Shown here piece by piece: positions 10,289 to 19,437 of a stretch of DNA of 40,742 bases. The stretch is taken from positions 1-40,742 of the forward strand of contig JBOFUV010000099.1 in NCBI GenBank assembly GCA_051652765.1, read 5' to 3'. Position 1 is the first letter of the stretch. The number at the start of each line of letters is the position of its first letter. The notes under the pieces are model-generated. The model saw only the letters and a list, made by a program, of their open reading frames with translations, did no database searches and was not told where the DNA came from. Source of the DNA: Microcoleaceae cyanobacterium (GTDB lineage Bacteria; Cyanobacteriota; Cyanobacteriia; Cyanobacteriales; Microcoleaceae). Both the position numbers and the translations under genes were made by a program.

Positions 10289-10363
10289 ATTTGTCGCTCC
10301 TAATTTAACAAGTATTGAACTTAACAAGCCTGCATTAAATCAGCCTGATTAGACATTAACTAA

Positions 10364-10753
10364 TTAGAAACCCTCTACCTCAATCGCATTTACTTTCTCA
10401 CTTACTTTCTCACTTACTTTGGTTTTGCCATTGCCGTTATTGTAGCCTTGAGGTGGATTATCAAACTTAGAAAAATGCTCTACACTTTCCTCGTCTCCTT
10501 GGCCTAAGCTCTCGGCGACAATTTCCTCCAGACTTAACCCAGTGGCATGGGCAAGATTAGTAATAAACCAAAGACAATCTCCCAACTGTTGGGTCAGTTT
10601 ATTGAGGTTGACATCCTCTAAACTCTCGAGCCGTTTGGTTTTAGCATTGATCTCTCGAATTTCTTGCTCTAGGCCAATTACACAAAACTTAAAGAACTTA
10701 ATCGAGGCTAATCCCTGCCGAGTGGCTCGGTATTGGTAATCTCTTAAATCCAT
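10364..10753 (-). CDS. MazG-like nucleotide pyrophosphohydrolase-fold protein, possibly degenerate
   Basis: MDL.DYQ..A start, GLEQEIRE (cf. GLxGExGE), QQLGDCLWFITNLA...GLSLEEI (cf. EELGDVLWY..xLA..LG.xLEEI); SD TAAGGAG. Confidence 0.75.
   Translation of the reverse strand: MDLRDYQYRATRQGLASIKFFKFCVIGLEQEIREINAKTKRLESLEDVNLNKLTQQLGDCLWFITNLAHATGLSLEEIVAESLGQGDEESVEHFSKFDNPPQGYNNGNGKTKVSEKVSEKVNAIEVEGF
10391..10420 (-). repeat. In-frame 12-bp tandem repeat encoding KVSE-KVSE-KV
   Basis: tactttctcact x2.5. Confidence 0.85.
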
Positions 10754-10789
10754 CGCGGTATCTCCTTATGCTAGCTTGACCCATAGTTC

Positions 10790-10817
10790 AATATAGCAAA
10801 TTTGCTGAAAATATCAA
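10790..10817 (-). promoter_or_regulatory. Putative sigma70-type promoter of the mazG-like/parM/parR operon
   Basis: Minus strand TTGATA-N16-TATATT with an extended TG; perfect palindrome AGCAAATTTGCT (10795-10806) in the spacer. Confidence 0.55.
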
Positions 10818-10854
10818 CTTTTTTCGGTGTAGCTGAATTAATCATTCTGTGATG

Positions 10855-10889
10855 AAAATAAATAGGGGTGCGGCATTGTCGCACCCCTA
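10855..10889 (-). terminator. Intrinsic terminator of clpC
   Basis: Minus strand TAGGGGTGCG-ACAATGC-CGCACCCCTA followed by TTTATTTT, about 50 nt after the clpC stop. Confidence 0.85.
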
Positions 10890-10941
10890 AACTCAGACTC
10901 TTAACTGATGATGATTACTGTCAAGAGAGGTCAAACAAGAA

Positions 10942-13425
10942 CTACTCAGCGATCTGAGGCATCAGCTCCCGCTTATCGTCCTGTTTTTCACCTGGAAGGA
11001 CAATCACGTGACCATCATCGCTCACATCGACGATCGCAGTGTCTCCTTCCTTGATCCGACCGGACAGAATTTCCTCTGCCAGGGTATCTTCCAGCAACCG
11101 CATGATGGCCCGACGTAAGGGGCGGGCTCCATAACTAGGATTGAATCCCTCTTCAATCAAACGCTCATTGAATCGATCCGTGATCTCCAGCTTGATGCCT
11201 TTTTCCGTTAGACGGCTAAAGACTTCGTTCAGCATGATGACCGCGATTTTCTTGACTTCGTCCTTGGTGAGCTGACGGAAGACAATGATCTCATCCAAGC
11301 GGTTGAGGAATTCAGGGCGGAAGTAGTTCTTCAGCTCCTCATTCACGAGATTGCGAATCCGGTTGTACTGGGCATCATTTGCATTTTGCTCAAACTCGAA
11401 GCCAAGGCCACCGCCACCTTTTTCAATGACTTTAGAACCGATGTTGGAGGTCATAATAATCAGGGTGTTCTTGAAGTCCACCGTGCGACCCTTGGCATCC
11501 GTTAGGCGGCCATCTTCGAGAATTTGCAGCAGCATATTGAAGACATCGGGGTGGGCTTTTTCGATTTCATCAAAGAGCACCACAGTATAGGGACGACGAC
11601 GAACAGCCTCGGTAAGCTGACCACCTTCGTTGTACCCTACGTAGCCGGGAGGCGAACCAATGAGCTTAGAAACGGTGTGACGTTCCATAAACTCAGACAT
11701 ATCCAAACGAACCATCGACTCCTCAGACCCAAAGAAATAAGCGGCCAGGGCTTTGGTTAATTCAGTTTTACCGACCCCGGTTGGCCCAGAGAAGATAAAG
11801 CTGGCAATGGGTCGATTCGGATTTTTTAGACCCACACGAGCACGACGAATGGCGCGGGAAACCGCTTTCACCGCATCATCCTGACCGATTAAACGCTGGT
11901 GCAGGGTGTCCTCCATATGGAGCAGCTTCTCAGACTCGGACTCGGTGAGCTTGTTCACCGGAATTCCTGTCCAACTGGCCACGATATGGGCGATGTCTTC
12001 CTCTGTCACAACGGGAGAATCGTCTTCGTCCGTTTTGGTTTCAGCTTTTTTGGTTTGAGCGATCGCCCGGATTTCAGTTTTGATTTCCATTTCGCGATCG
12101 CGCAACTCCCCAGCCCGATCAAAGTCCTGGGAACGTACCGCTTCGTCCTTCTCCTTGAGAACTTGGCGGAGTTCTTTGTCCAGTTCCTTGGCGGCAGGGG
12201 GCAGTTGAGAATTGATCAAACGTACCCGTGACCCAGCTTCATCGACCAAATCAATGGCCTTGTCAGGTAGGAAACGATCAGAAATATACCGATCGGATAG
12301 CTTGGCTGCCGCTTCCAAAGCCGCATCTGAAATTTTTAGCTTGTGGTGCTGTTCATAGCGTTCCCGCAGACCAAACAGAATTTCAATGGTTTCGTCTACT
12401 GAAGGCTCACCCACCATCACGGGCTGGAAGCGACGTTCTAAAGCCGCATCCCGCTCAATGTGCTTGCGATATTCATCCAGGGTCGTTGCCCCAATACATT
12501 GGAGATCGCCCCGTGCTAAAGCAGGTTTCAGGATGTTTGCAGCATCAATAGCTCCCTCAGCAGCACCGGCCCCGATCAGAGTGTGTACCTCATCAATTAC
12601 CAGGATGACGTTCCCAGCGGAACGAATTTCATCCATGATTTTCTTGAGGCGTTCCTCAAATTCTCCACGATACTTGGTTCCAGCAACGAGTAGACCGATG
12701 TCCAAGGTGACCACTCGCTTTTCTTCTAGAATGTCTGGAATGTCATTCTGGGCAATGCGCTGGGCAAGACCTTCGGCGATCGCAGTCTTACCAACCCCTG
12801 GTTCTCCAATCAACACAGGATTATTCTTGGTTCGACGGCCCAGGATTTGAATGACCCGCTCAATTTCTTTCTGGCGACCAACCACAGGGTCAAGCTTGCC
12901 TTCTGTGGCCATCTGAGTCAAGTTAGACCCAAACTCGTCTAGAGTTGGAGTTTTAGTGCGACTGCTGCCCCCTCCAGCACTGACTTCGGCAGTTTCTCCC
13001 AGTTGCCGAATGACTTGAGTCCGAACTTTGGAAAGGTCTACTCCCAGGTTCTCTAGTACCCTTGCGGCTACCCCCTCTCCCTCTCGAATTAGACCTAGAA
13101 GGAGGTGTTCTGTGCCGATATAGTTATGTCCCAGTTGACGAGCTTCTTCTAGAGAAAGCTCCAAGACCCGCTTGGCACGAGGGGTAAAAGGAATTTCTAC
13201 AGCAACAAACCCTGAGCCTCGACCAATAATCTTTTCAACTTCAATCCGAGCGTCTTTGAGATTGACTCCCATGGATTTCAGCACCTTTGCGGCTACCCCA
13301 GTTCCTTCTCCGATTAAACCAAGAAGAATCTGTTCGGTTCCGACAAAGTTGTGACCCAGGCGGCGTGCTTCCTCCTGAGCCAACATAATGACCTTAATTG
13401 CTTTTTCAGTGAAGCGTTCAAACAT
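10942..13425 (-). CDS. clpC: ATP-dependent Clp protease ATP-binding subunit ClpC
   Basis: [31 protein letters not shown]; two AAA+ modules ([16 protein letters not shown]); UVR-like middle domain; [11 protein letters not shown]. Confidence 0.99.
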   Translation of the reverse strand: MFERFTEKAIKVIMLAQEEARRLGHNFVGTEQILLGLIGEGTGVAAKVLKSMGVNLKDARIEVEKIIGRGSGFVAVEIPFTPRAKRVLELSLEEARQLGHNYIGTEHLLLGLIREGEGVAARVLENLGVDLSKVRTQVIRQLGETAEVSAGGGSSRTKTPTLDEFGSNLTQMATEGKLDPVVGRQKEIERVIQILGRRTKNNPVLIGEPGVGKTAIAEGLAQRIAQNDIPDILEEKRVVTLDIGLLVAGTKYRGEFEERLKKIMDEIRSAGNVILVIDEVHTLIGAGAAEGAIDAANILKPALARGDLQCIGATTLDEYRKHIERDAALERRFQPVMVGEPSVDETIEILFGLRERYEQHHKLKISDAALEAAAKLSDRYISDRFLPDKAIDLVDEAGSRVRLINSQLPPAAKELDKELRQVLKEKDEAVRSQDFDRAGELRDREMEIKTEIRAIAQTKKAETKTDEDDSPVVTEEDIAHIVASWTGIPVNKLTESESEKLLHMEDTLHQRLIGQDDAVKAVSRAIRRARVGLKNPNRPIASFIFSGPTGVGKTELTKALAAYFFGSEESMVRLDMSEFMERHTVSKLIGSPPGYVGYNEGGQLTEAVRRRPYTVVLFDEIEKAHPDVFNMLLQILEDGRLTDAKGRTVDFKNTLIIMTSNIGSKVIEKGGGGLGFEFEQNANDAQYNRIRNLVNEELKNYFRPEFLNRLDEIIVFRQLTKDEVKKIAVIMLNEVFSRLTEKGIKLEITDRFNERLIEEGFNPSYGARPLRRAIMRLLEDTLAEEILSGRIKEGDTAIVDVSDDGHVIVLPGEKQDDKRELMPQIAE

Positions 13426-13743
13426 GGCTAATTCCCATCACCTGCTGCATAACCCTTACGCTAATTTTAGCGCGAGATTTTAAACTCCTGAAGAATTAAG
13501 AAATTATGAAATAACTTAATCTGCTAGGAATATGCGTCTAAGTAAGAGTTGATGGAGGCCATTCAACTGGAAAACCCAACTGGTGGCTGACCTATAACCT
13601 TCCCTAGACTGCGAGAAGATTAAATCCTCTTTCGCCGTAGAGCCAAACCTACTTCAGAATAAAATTTTTATTCTGTATAAAGGCTGTCTCTCAGAGCTTA
13701 AAAATGGCACCACACCCCTCACAAGGTTCTAAGTTAAAAGTGA

Positions 13744-13802
13744 ATTTTAGCACAATGCCTAGGGTGAGTGTCTGTTGGGGAAGTAGGTGGGGATCACCGA
13801 AC
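13744..13802 (-). promoter_or_regulatory. Distal clpC promoter candidate: K-box plus extended -10
   Basis: Minus strand GTTCGG-TGAT-CCCCAC (13802-13787) matches the K-box GTTCGG-NNAN-CCNNAC; TGcTAAAAT at 13752-13744. A second TAAAAT lies at 13469-13464, near the start codon. Confidence 0.6.
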
Positions 13803-14008
13803 CTGTGAGATTTATTTCCCTTAACCAAACGTTTACGTGACTACTGGACAGATTTAAAACATGAATTTTAAGCTCCAGAAAGCCGCGCGCAAAGGGTTTA
13901 GACTGAGCATCAAGCTCTGTAGCAAACTATTCTTTCTCAAGTCTGTGCAGTAAGACCTTAAGAAAAAGCAGAACTTTGAATCACTATCAAGCAACCCCAA
14001 ATCAATGA

Positions 14009-14872
14009 TCAGAAAAACTCAAGCGGAGTGCGACATCGAAGATATTTCCAAACCCCCTGAAGTTTATATCTGGAAATTTCAGGATGAATCCAACCTAAAA
14101 ATAGCGAAGTTAGGAAAATTCGTATCAATCGATACAGCAAAGTTATCTTGGTTGCATATTTTTCTAAACTGAGCAGATAGCTGTAGATACTCTGTTGAAT
14201 TTTTAACTGCAAATGTTGACCCGTGATTGAGGAAGTTTGATGAAAGACTTTGATTTGATGGGTAATCGCAACTTTATGTCCTTGCTGGGCATAGCGTTGG
14301 CAAAAATCAAAGTCTTCGTAGTACAAAAAGTAATCTGGATCAAATTGAGGACAACGATCAAAGTGTTTCAAGTGAACTAACAAGCTACATCCCGATACCC
14401 AACTGGTTAGAACATAAGGGGCATGAACTCGCAAGTTGGAGTCAGAAATTTGGGCAGCAATAGACCCCCGCTGAGGATTAAACTCCCCTCCACAGAACTC
14501 GAGTTGACCCTCGGTATTATAAATCACTGTTCCCAAAATCGAAATTTCAGGATGGGCGATAAAGAATTTTTCAACTGAATCAACGGATGGCTCAGATAGG
14601 TAAGCATCAGGATTGATCAGCCAAATAATCCCTTGACAATTCTGTTCATAAACCCAGCTCAATCCAAGATTACAAGCTCTACCAAACCCCAAATTTTCTG
14701 AAGAATTTAGAATCAAAATAGAATCTGATTCTAGGGTAGAAATCAAGTGATCATCGGGAGAATTATTAACAATGATCACTTGATTTTTAACATTGGGATC
14801 AACTGGAATTGAATGAATTAATCGCTCAATTAAGGCAGTTGAGTAGTAGTTAACCGTGATCCAATAAATCAA
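14009..14872 (-). CDS. Glycosyltransferase family 2 (WbbL-like, probable rhamnosyltransferase)
   Basis: ENLGFGRACNLG, LINPD, WVSGCSLL, FDPDYFLYYEDFDFC; directly downstream of rml genes; TTG start. Confidence 0.85.
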   Translation of the reverse strand: MIYWITVNYYSTALIERLIHSIPVDPNVKNQVIIVNNSPDDHLISTLESDSILILNSSENLGFGRACNLGLSWVYEQNCQGIIWLINPDAYLSEPSVDSVEKFFIAHPEISILGTVIYNTEGQLEFCGGEFNPQRGSIAAQISDSNLRVHAPYVLTSWVSGCSLLVHLKHFDRCPQFDPDYFLYYEDFDFCQRYAQQGHKVAITHQIKVFHQTSSITGQHLQLKIQQSIYSYLLSLEKYATKITLLYRLIRIFLTSLFLGWIHPEISRYKLQGVWKYLRCRTPLEFF

Positions 14873-14891
14873 CCTTATTCCTAGCTTATTT

Positions 14892-15965
14892 CTAAATCAG
14901 TTCTACCTGGCTGTCATCTCCTAACATAAAGCGTAGCGCTTTTGGACGTTGTGGAGCTGTTGTAATCTTAGCTCGCCGCCCGACCAAGGTATCAACAATA
15001 CGTTGGTGAACGTTGGTAATTTTTGCCCCTTGCAGGATGACGCTATGTTCTAATTCGGCATCAATAATAGTGACTTCATCAGCAACACTACTATAAGGGC
15101 CAACAAAGCAATCCTCTAGATGACAATTTTCACCAATCACAACTGGGCCTCGCACACTACTGTTGATTAATTTTGTGCCCACCCCAATCTGAACCCGCCC
15201 AATAATTTGACTGTTGCTATCCACATCTCCCTCAATCAAAGGCTGAATACACTCATCCAAAATAATCTGATTGGCACTGAGCAAATCATCTTTCTTTCCG
15301 GTGTCTATCCACCAGCCATCAATGGTGCAAGCTTCTACATGTCTTTGAGTATTAATTAACTGCTGAATCGCATCCGTAATTTCCAACTCTCCGCGAGGGG
15401 AAGGCTTGATTTGGGCGATCGCCTCATGGATAGTTTGATCGAAAAAATAAACCCCAACTAAAGCTAAGTTTGAAGGGGGAACTTTGGGCTTTTCAACCAG
15501 GTTCAACACTCGCCCGGTTTCGTCTACAACAGCGACTCCAAATGCCGTTGGATTATCTACTGGACGGAGTAAAATTACCGCATCTAGGTGTTGTTCCTTG
15601 AATCGATTTAAGAAGGGTGTCAGTTGATTTTGGATGAGGTTATCTCCCAGATACATGATAAAAGGAGAGTCGCCCAGAAACGGCTGAGCAATTTTAACGG
15701 CATGAGCTAAACCTTCAGGTCTTGCTTGCAAAATATAAGTGATATTTGCTCCAAAGTGATCGCCATTGCCCGTGACATTCTTAACTTCTTCTCCGGTTTC
15801 AGGGCTGATGACAATGCCAATCTCTGTAATTCCTGCGGCCACAATTCTTTCAATTCCGTACCACAAAATAGGCTTATTTGCGACGGGAACAAGCTGTTTT
15901 GCTCCAGTGTAGGTGAGGGGGCGCAGTCGAGTTCCTTTTCCGCCGGAAAGAATCAGTGCTTTCAT
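14892..15965 (-). CDS. rmlA: Glucose-1-phosphate thymidylyltransferase (long form)
   Basis: ILSGGKGTRLRPLT...AKQLVPVANKP, GLAHAV, MYLGDN, VEKP, PSPRGELEITDA; C-terminal left-handed beta-helix. Confidence 0.95.
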   Translation of the reverse strand: MKALILSGGKGTRLRPLTYTGAKQLVPVANKPILWYGIERIVAAGITEIGIVISPETGEEVKNVTGNGDHFGANITYILQARPEGLAHAVKIAQPFLGDSPFIMYLGDNLIQNQLTPFLNRFKEQHLDAVILLRPVDNPTAFGVAVVDETGRVLNLVEKPKVPPSNLALVGVYFFDQTIHEAIAQIKPSPRGELEITDAIQQLINTQRHVEACTIDGWWIDTGKKDDLLSANQIILDECIQPLIEGDVDSNSQIIGRVQIGVGTKLINSSVRGPVVIGENCHLEDCFVGPYSSVADEVTIIDAELEHSVILQGAKITNVHQRIVDTLVGRRAKITTAPQRPKALRFMLGDDSQVELI

Positions 15966-16020
15966 AGATTTGTTAGGGGTTAAAGTGTGTCTGGGACTTC
16001 CGCTAAAGCTAGTTTATTGC

Positions 16021-16899
16021 TTAAACAGAAACTAGTTCTCGCAACATTTTCCGCAAGCCTTGTCGCCAGTGGGGAGGAGTTTCTCCCAGAAGTTCTGAGA
16101 TCTTTGTTGTACTTAAAACCGAATAGGCAGGGCGACGGGCAGGGGTCGGATATTCTGCGGTGGTAATGGGTAAAACCCGTTGAATTTTCAAGGGAAAACC
16201 CAGAAGCTGAGCCTCCTCAAAAATCGCGATCGCAAAATCATACCAACTGCAAACTCCACTATTGGTGTAGTGATAAATGCCGCTAGTTTCTGGATTTAAT
16301 CGATGAATCAGTTGAGTGATCGCTTGGGCTAAATCCCCTGTCCAGGTTGGACTCCCAACTTGATCCATCACCACTCGCAATTCTTCCCGTTCTGCCCCTA
16401 ATCGCAACATGGTTTTGACAAAGTTGCCTTTGCCTCCAACCCCATAAACCCAAGCCGTTCTGAGAATTGCAAAGTTGGCTTGAGTGGCCTGAATCCCTTG
16501 CTCTCCAGCCAGTTTGGACTGACCATAGGCTCCTAACGGATGGGTTAGATCGGTGGTGGCGTAAGGATGACTTTGAGTCCCATCAAATACATAATCTGTA
16601 GAAATGTGAATCAACCGTGCGCCGAGTTTTTCTGCTGTTTCTGCAAGTAACGCGGGCGCTTTTCCATTGATTGCCGTGGCCAATTCGAGTTCACTTTCTG
16701 CTTTGTCCACCGCAGTATAGGCCGCAGCATTGACGATAACATCAGGTTTTACAGCTTCAACAAGTTGAGGAATCGTGTCTAGGTCAGCCAAGTTCAAGGT
16801 CTCTCGACCGACACTTTTAACGGCTCCAATCACATTCAGCAGGGGGTATAACTCTTGCCCAAGCTGGCCATCTTTACCCACTAATAAGATTTGCATCAT
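16021..16899 (-). CDS. rmlD: dTDP-4-dehydrorhamnose reductase
   Basis: GKDGQLG, VNAAAYTAVDKAE, HISTDYVFDG, YGQSKLAGE, DQVGSPT, PARRPAYS. Start overlaps the rmlC stop (TAATG at 16899). Confidence 0.96.
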   Translation of the reverse strand: MMQILLVGKDGQLGQELYPLLNVIGAVKSVGRETLNLADLDTIPQLVEAVKPDVIVNAAAYTAVDKAESELELATAINGKAPALLAETAEKLGARLIHISTDYVFDGTQSHPYATTDLTHPLGAYGQSKLAGEQGIQATQANFAILRTAWVYGVGGKGNFVKTMLRLGAEREELRVVMDQVGSPTWTGDLAQAITQLIHRLNPETSGIYHYTNSGVCSWYDFAIAIFEEAQLLGFPLKIQRVLPITTAEYPTPARRPAYSVLSTTKISELLGETPPHWRQGLRKMLRELVSV

Positions 16900-17444
16900 T
16901 AAAACACATCCGCAGTTTTGAAGGATTGACCGGCTTGATCCTTGGCTGATAGAGTTGGAGCTATGCCATTGAGTGGCCAATCTATCGCCAGATCTGGATC
17001 GTTCCACAAAATTGACCGCTCATATTGAGGGGCATAATAGTCAGTGGTTTTGTAAAGCACCTCAGCAACTTCAGACGTGACTAAAAACCCATGGGCAAAT
17101 CCAGCAGGCACCCAGAGCTGCCGCTTATTCTCTGCACTCAGAATGCACCCGACAACTTTACCAAAAGTTGGAGAATTCTTGCGGATATCAACTGCTACGT
17201 CGAAGATTTCACCGACAACAACCCGGACTAATTTGCCTTGAGCCTGTTGAATTTGGTAGTGTAAACCACGCAAAACACCCTGAACTGAACGAGAATGGTT
17301 GTCTTGAACAAACTCTGCTTGTACGCCCATCTTTTCTACAAAGACGTGTTGATTGAAACTTTCAAAGAAAAAACCCCGGTCATCACCAAACACTTTGGGT
17401 TCAAAGATCAAAACTTCAGGAATCGTAGTAGAAACAACATTCAT
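16899..17444 (-). CDS. rmlC: dTDP-4-dehydrorhamnose 3,5-epimerase
   Basis: FGDDRGFFFESF, QDNHSRS..GVLRGLHYQ, DVAVDIR, GFAHGF, WNDPDLAIDWP. Confidence 0.97.
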   Translation of the reverse strand: MNVVSTTIPEVLIFEPKVFGDDRGFFFESFNQHVFVEKMGVQAEFVQDNHSRSVQGVLRGLHYQIQQAQGKLVRVVVGEIFDVAVDIRKNSPTFGKVVGCILSAENKRQLWVPAGFAHGFLVTSEVAEVLYKTTDYYAPQYERSILWNDPDLAIDWPLNGIAPTLSAKDQAGQSFKTADVF

Positions 17445-17519
17445 GGGTTTGAAACCGTGTTCAGTTCACGTCTAGTCTAACAAAAATTAGGGCGAGTACA
17501 ATAGATTCGAGACTTCACC

Positions 17520-19406
17520 TCAACTAATTTCAACTTTAACTTCGCCATCCAACCGCAGGAATTGTTGTTGGATTGAATCATAAATCCATGCTTGAATCAC
17601 CTGTTCTCCTTGGGCCAAATTGTTGGCAGAGAAAGTTACTGACCATCGAGACTTAGAGTAACGATTGGACTTGAAAAATTCAGCAATATCTGGACTCTCT
17701 TGGACAACATAAGCATTGGCAAAAAAAGAATAAGAGTTTAAGGCTTTAGTAGACAAGAAAACAAGCTGAGGCTGTTGTTTTTGTCCAGGAAAAACAGCCC
17801 AACCTGAGAGTTGGATAGAATCTTGATCCTGAAGCTGAAACGGCTTTGAGGTGGCAACTGGAAAATCAATATAACCGTGAGTTTGAGGAGAATGAGTAAT
17901 AAAATCAGCATCCTGTAGAAAATTCCTCAGACCAACAGTTTGCAACGACTTTACCCCCTCTTGAATCCACCAAGTTGATTTACTCATCCGCAGTAAACAT
18001 CGTTCCGGAGATTGATTAAAAAAGACAGAATCTTCCAGGTAGTTGAGCACCTCTAGACAGGTTTGTCCACTTTTTACATAGAAAAAATCAGCCTGAGTTG
18101 AGGCAATCGCCTCTTCTGTTCTAACCCCAATCAAACAAACTAAAATCCCAGCAAAAAAGCTATAGAGCAGGTTAAAGTTCTGAGTAACTTCTGGGGGTAA
18201 TTCACATTGTTTCTGCTCAATTAAGACTCGCCAAAGCTGAATGATAGCAATTAATAATAAAACGGTATGAGTCGTATATCGAACTGCATAAAGAGGATAA
18301 CTTCCTCCTAAATCTACCCTGCCCAAGGTCATCAAACCACTGGTTAGGAATGAAAATAATCCAATCGATATCCAAGGAGCAGATCGGTCAAAGGTTTGAT
18401 GATTTAGAACTGTTGGAGGTTGGGTTGGTGTCAGCATTCCCCAGGAAAAATAGAACATTAAACCCAAGAAGTTGAGTAAAGTAATCAGTCCTAGCACCCA
18501 ACCTCCACTTAAGGAATTTGTTAATGGAGCAGCTAAAAGATTGAGCAAAAATTGAGTCGCAGTTGCCAGATATTCAATGAGAGACAAGTTGCTTTTGGGT
18601 TCTGGTTCTTGAATATATCCAAGGGCATAAATCCTACAGGATAGGATCAACAATAGCAACCAAATAGTTAAGGGTTGACAGATTGTTTTAAGATATTTTT
18701 GTGAAGTTAATTTTGCTTCTAAATTCCTATGCATTAAAGAAACCACACAAGGAACTGTTGCCAACCATGAAATCAGACCTTGAGCCGATGAAAAACTTAC
18801 AATAAAACAACAAATCCCAGCTCCAGAAAGTCTGAATTTAGTATGATTGACTTGCGGGTTAAAACTTGGAGCGGTTAGGATGAAACAAGCAAGAATAACA
18901 CAGCTATTAATCCAAAATATCGGCAGTTGAAAGCCCCACAGCCAACTTTGATAGAGGGAGAAAATTAGAATACAAGTTAAAAGATTAGTCCCATGAAACA
19001 ACCAACCTCGCTTGATAATAGAGGTATTAACTGCCAGTTGATACAGGATCAGGGCAGTTAAAATGACTAAGCCCAAGCTGAAATACAGTTCAATCTTAAT
19101 GTTCCAGCTTGAAAGTAACCCTAAGCCAATAAAGATTAATCGGGGAAAGAGAATTCGATGGGTGTTGTGTAATTCAAATAAGTCACCCCAGGTTAATTTC
19201 TGAGTGGCAGCTTTCTCCAAAAGTTCTGGCAAAACCCACTGATCAGCAATGGGAACATCAACCCCAAAATAGGTGATGAACCAGATGACTCCAGCAATTG
19301 GCAAAAGGTAAAGAAAAAGAAGAGCGACCTGTTTAGAAGATGCTGTCTTAAGCGGCTTACTCCTAGAACATTTGCCCTTAGAGGGCTTGACTTCTTCTAA
19401 CCCCAT
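17520..19406 (-). CDS. Polytopic membrane protein, GT-C-like glycosyltransferase candidate with C-terminal soluble beta domain
   Basis: N-terminal TM, then VP.ADQW and HNTHRILFPRL loop motifs; more than 10 hydrophobic segments; RYTT; C-terminal GYID...LSGWA...W Ig-like pattern. Function inferred. Confidence 0.55.
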   Translation of the reverse strand: MGLEEVKPSKGKCSRSKPLKTASSKQVALLFLYLLPIAGVIWFITYFGVDVPIADQWVLPELLEKAATQKLTWGDLFELHNTHRILFPRLIFIGLGLLSSWNIKIELYFSLGLVILTALILYQLAVNTSIIKRGWLFHGTNLLTCILIFSLYQSWLWGFQLPIFWINSCVILACFILTAPSFNPQVNHTKFRLSGAGICCFIVSFSSAQGLISWLATVPCVVSLMHRNLEAKLTSQKYLKTICQPLTIWLLLLILSCRIYALGYIQEPEPKSNLSLIEYLATATQFLLNLLAAPLTNSLSGGWVLGLITLLNFLGLMFYFSWGMLTPTQPPTVLNHQTFDRSAPWISIGLFSFLTSGLMTLGRVDLGGSYPLYAVRYTTHTVLLLIAIIQLWRVLIEQKQCELPPEVTQNFNLLYSFFAGILVCLIGVRTEEAIASTQADFFYVKSGQTCLEVLNYLEDSVFFNQSPERCLLRMSKSTWWIQEGVKSLQTVGLRNFLQDADFITHSPQTHGYIDFPVATSKPFQLQDQDSIQLSGWAVFPGQKQQPQLVFLSTKALNSYSFFANAYVVQESPDIAEFFKSNRYSKSRWSVTFSANNLAQGEQVIQAWIYDSIQQQFLRLDGEVKVEIS

Positions 19407-19437
19407 GAGAACTTAACAAGATTGACGAGGGAGGATT

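Noticed and set aside
10289..10327. N-terminal extension of the ParM-like ORF
   Set aside because: A good SD precedes ATG 10288, and the phosphate-1 motif normally lies within the first few residues.
8820..10930. Integrated plasmid or genomic island
   Set aside because: No integrase, rep, tRNA or flanking direct repeats were seen. The absence of HIP1 over about 2 kb is not significant at the observed density.
11351..13354. Plus-strand ORFs opposite clpC
   Set aside because: Antisense shadow frames of a conserved gene; no protein-like motifs.
13747..13774. Canonical CIRCE (HrcA) operator
   Set aside because: The spacer is 10 rather than 9 nt and both arms have mismatches; kept only as a weak note.
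16900..17007. rmlD N-terminal extension
   Set aside because: It lies inside rmlC; the TAATG overlap gives the natural start.
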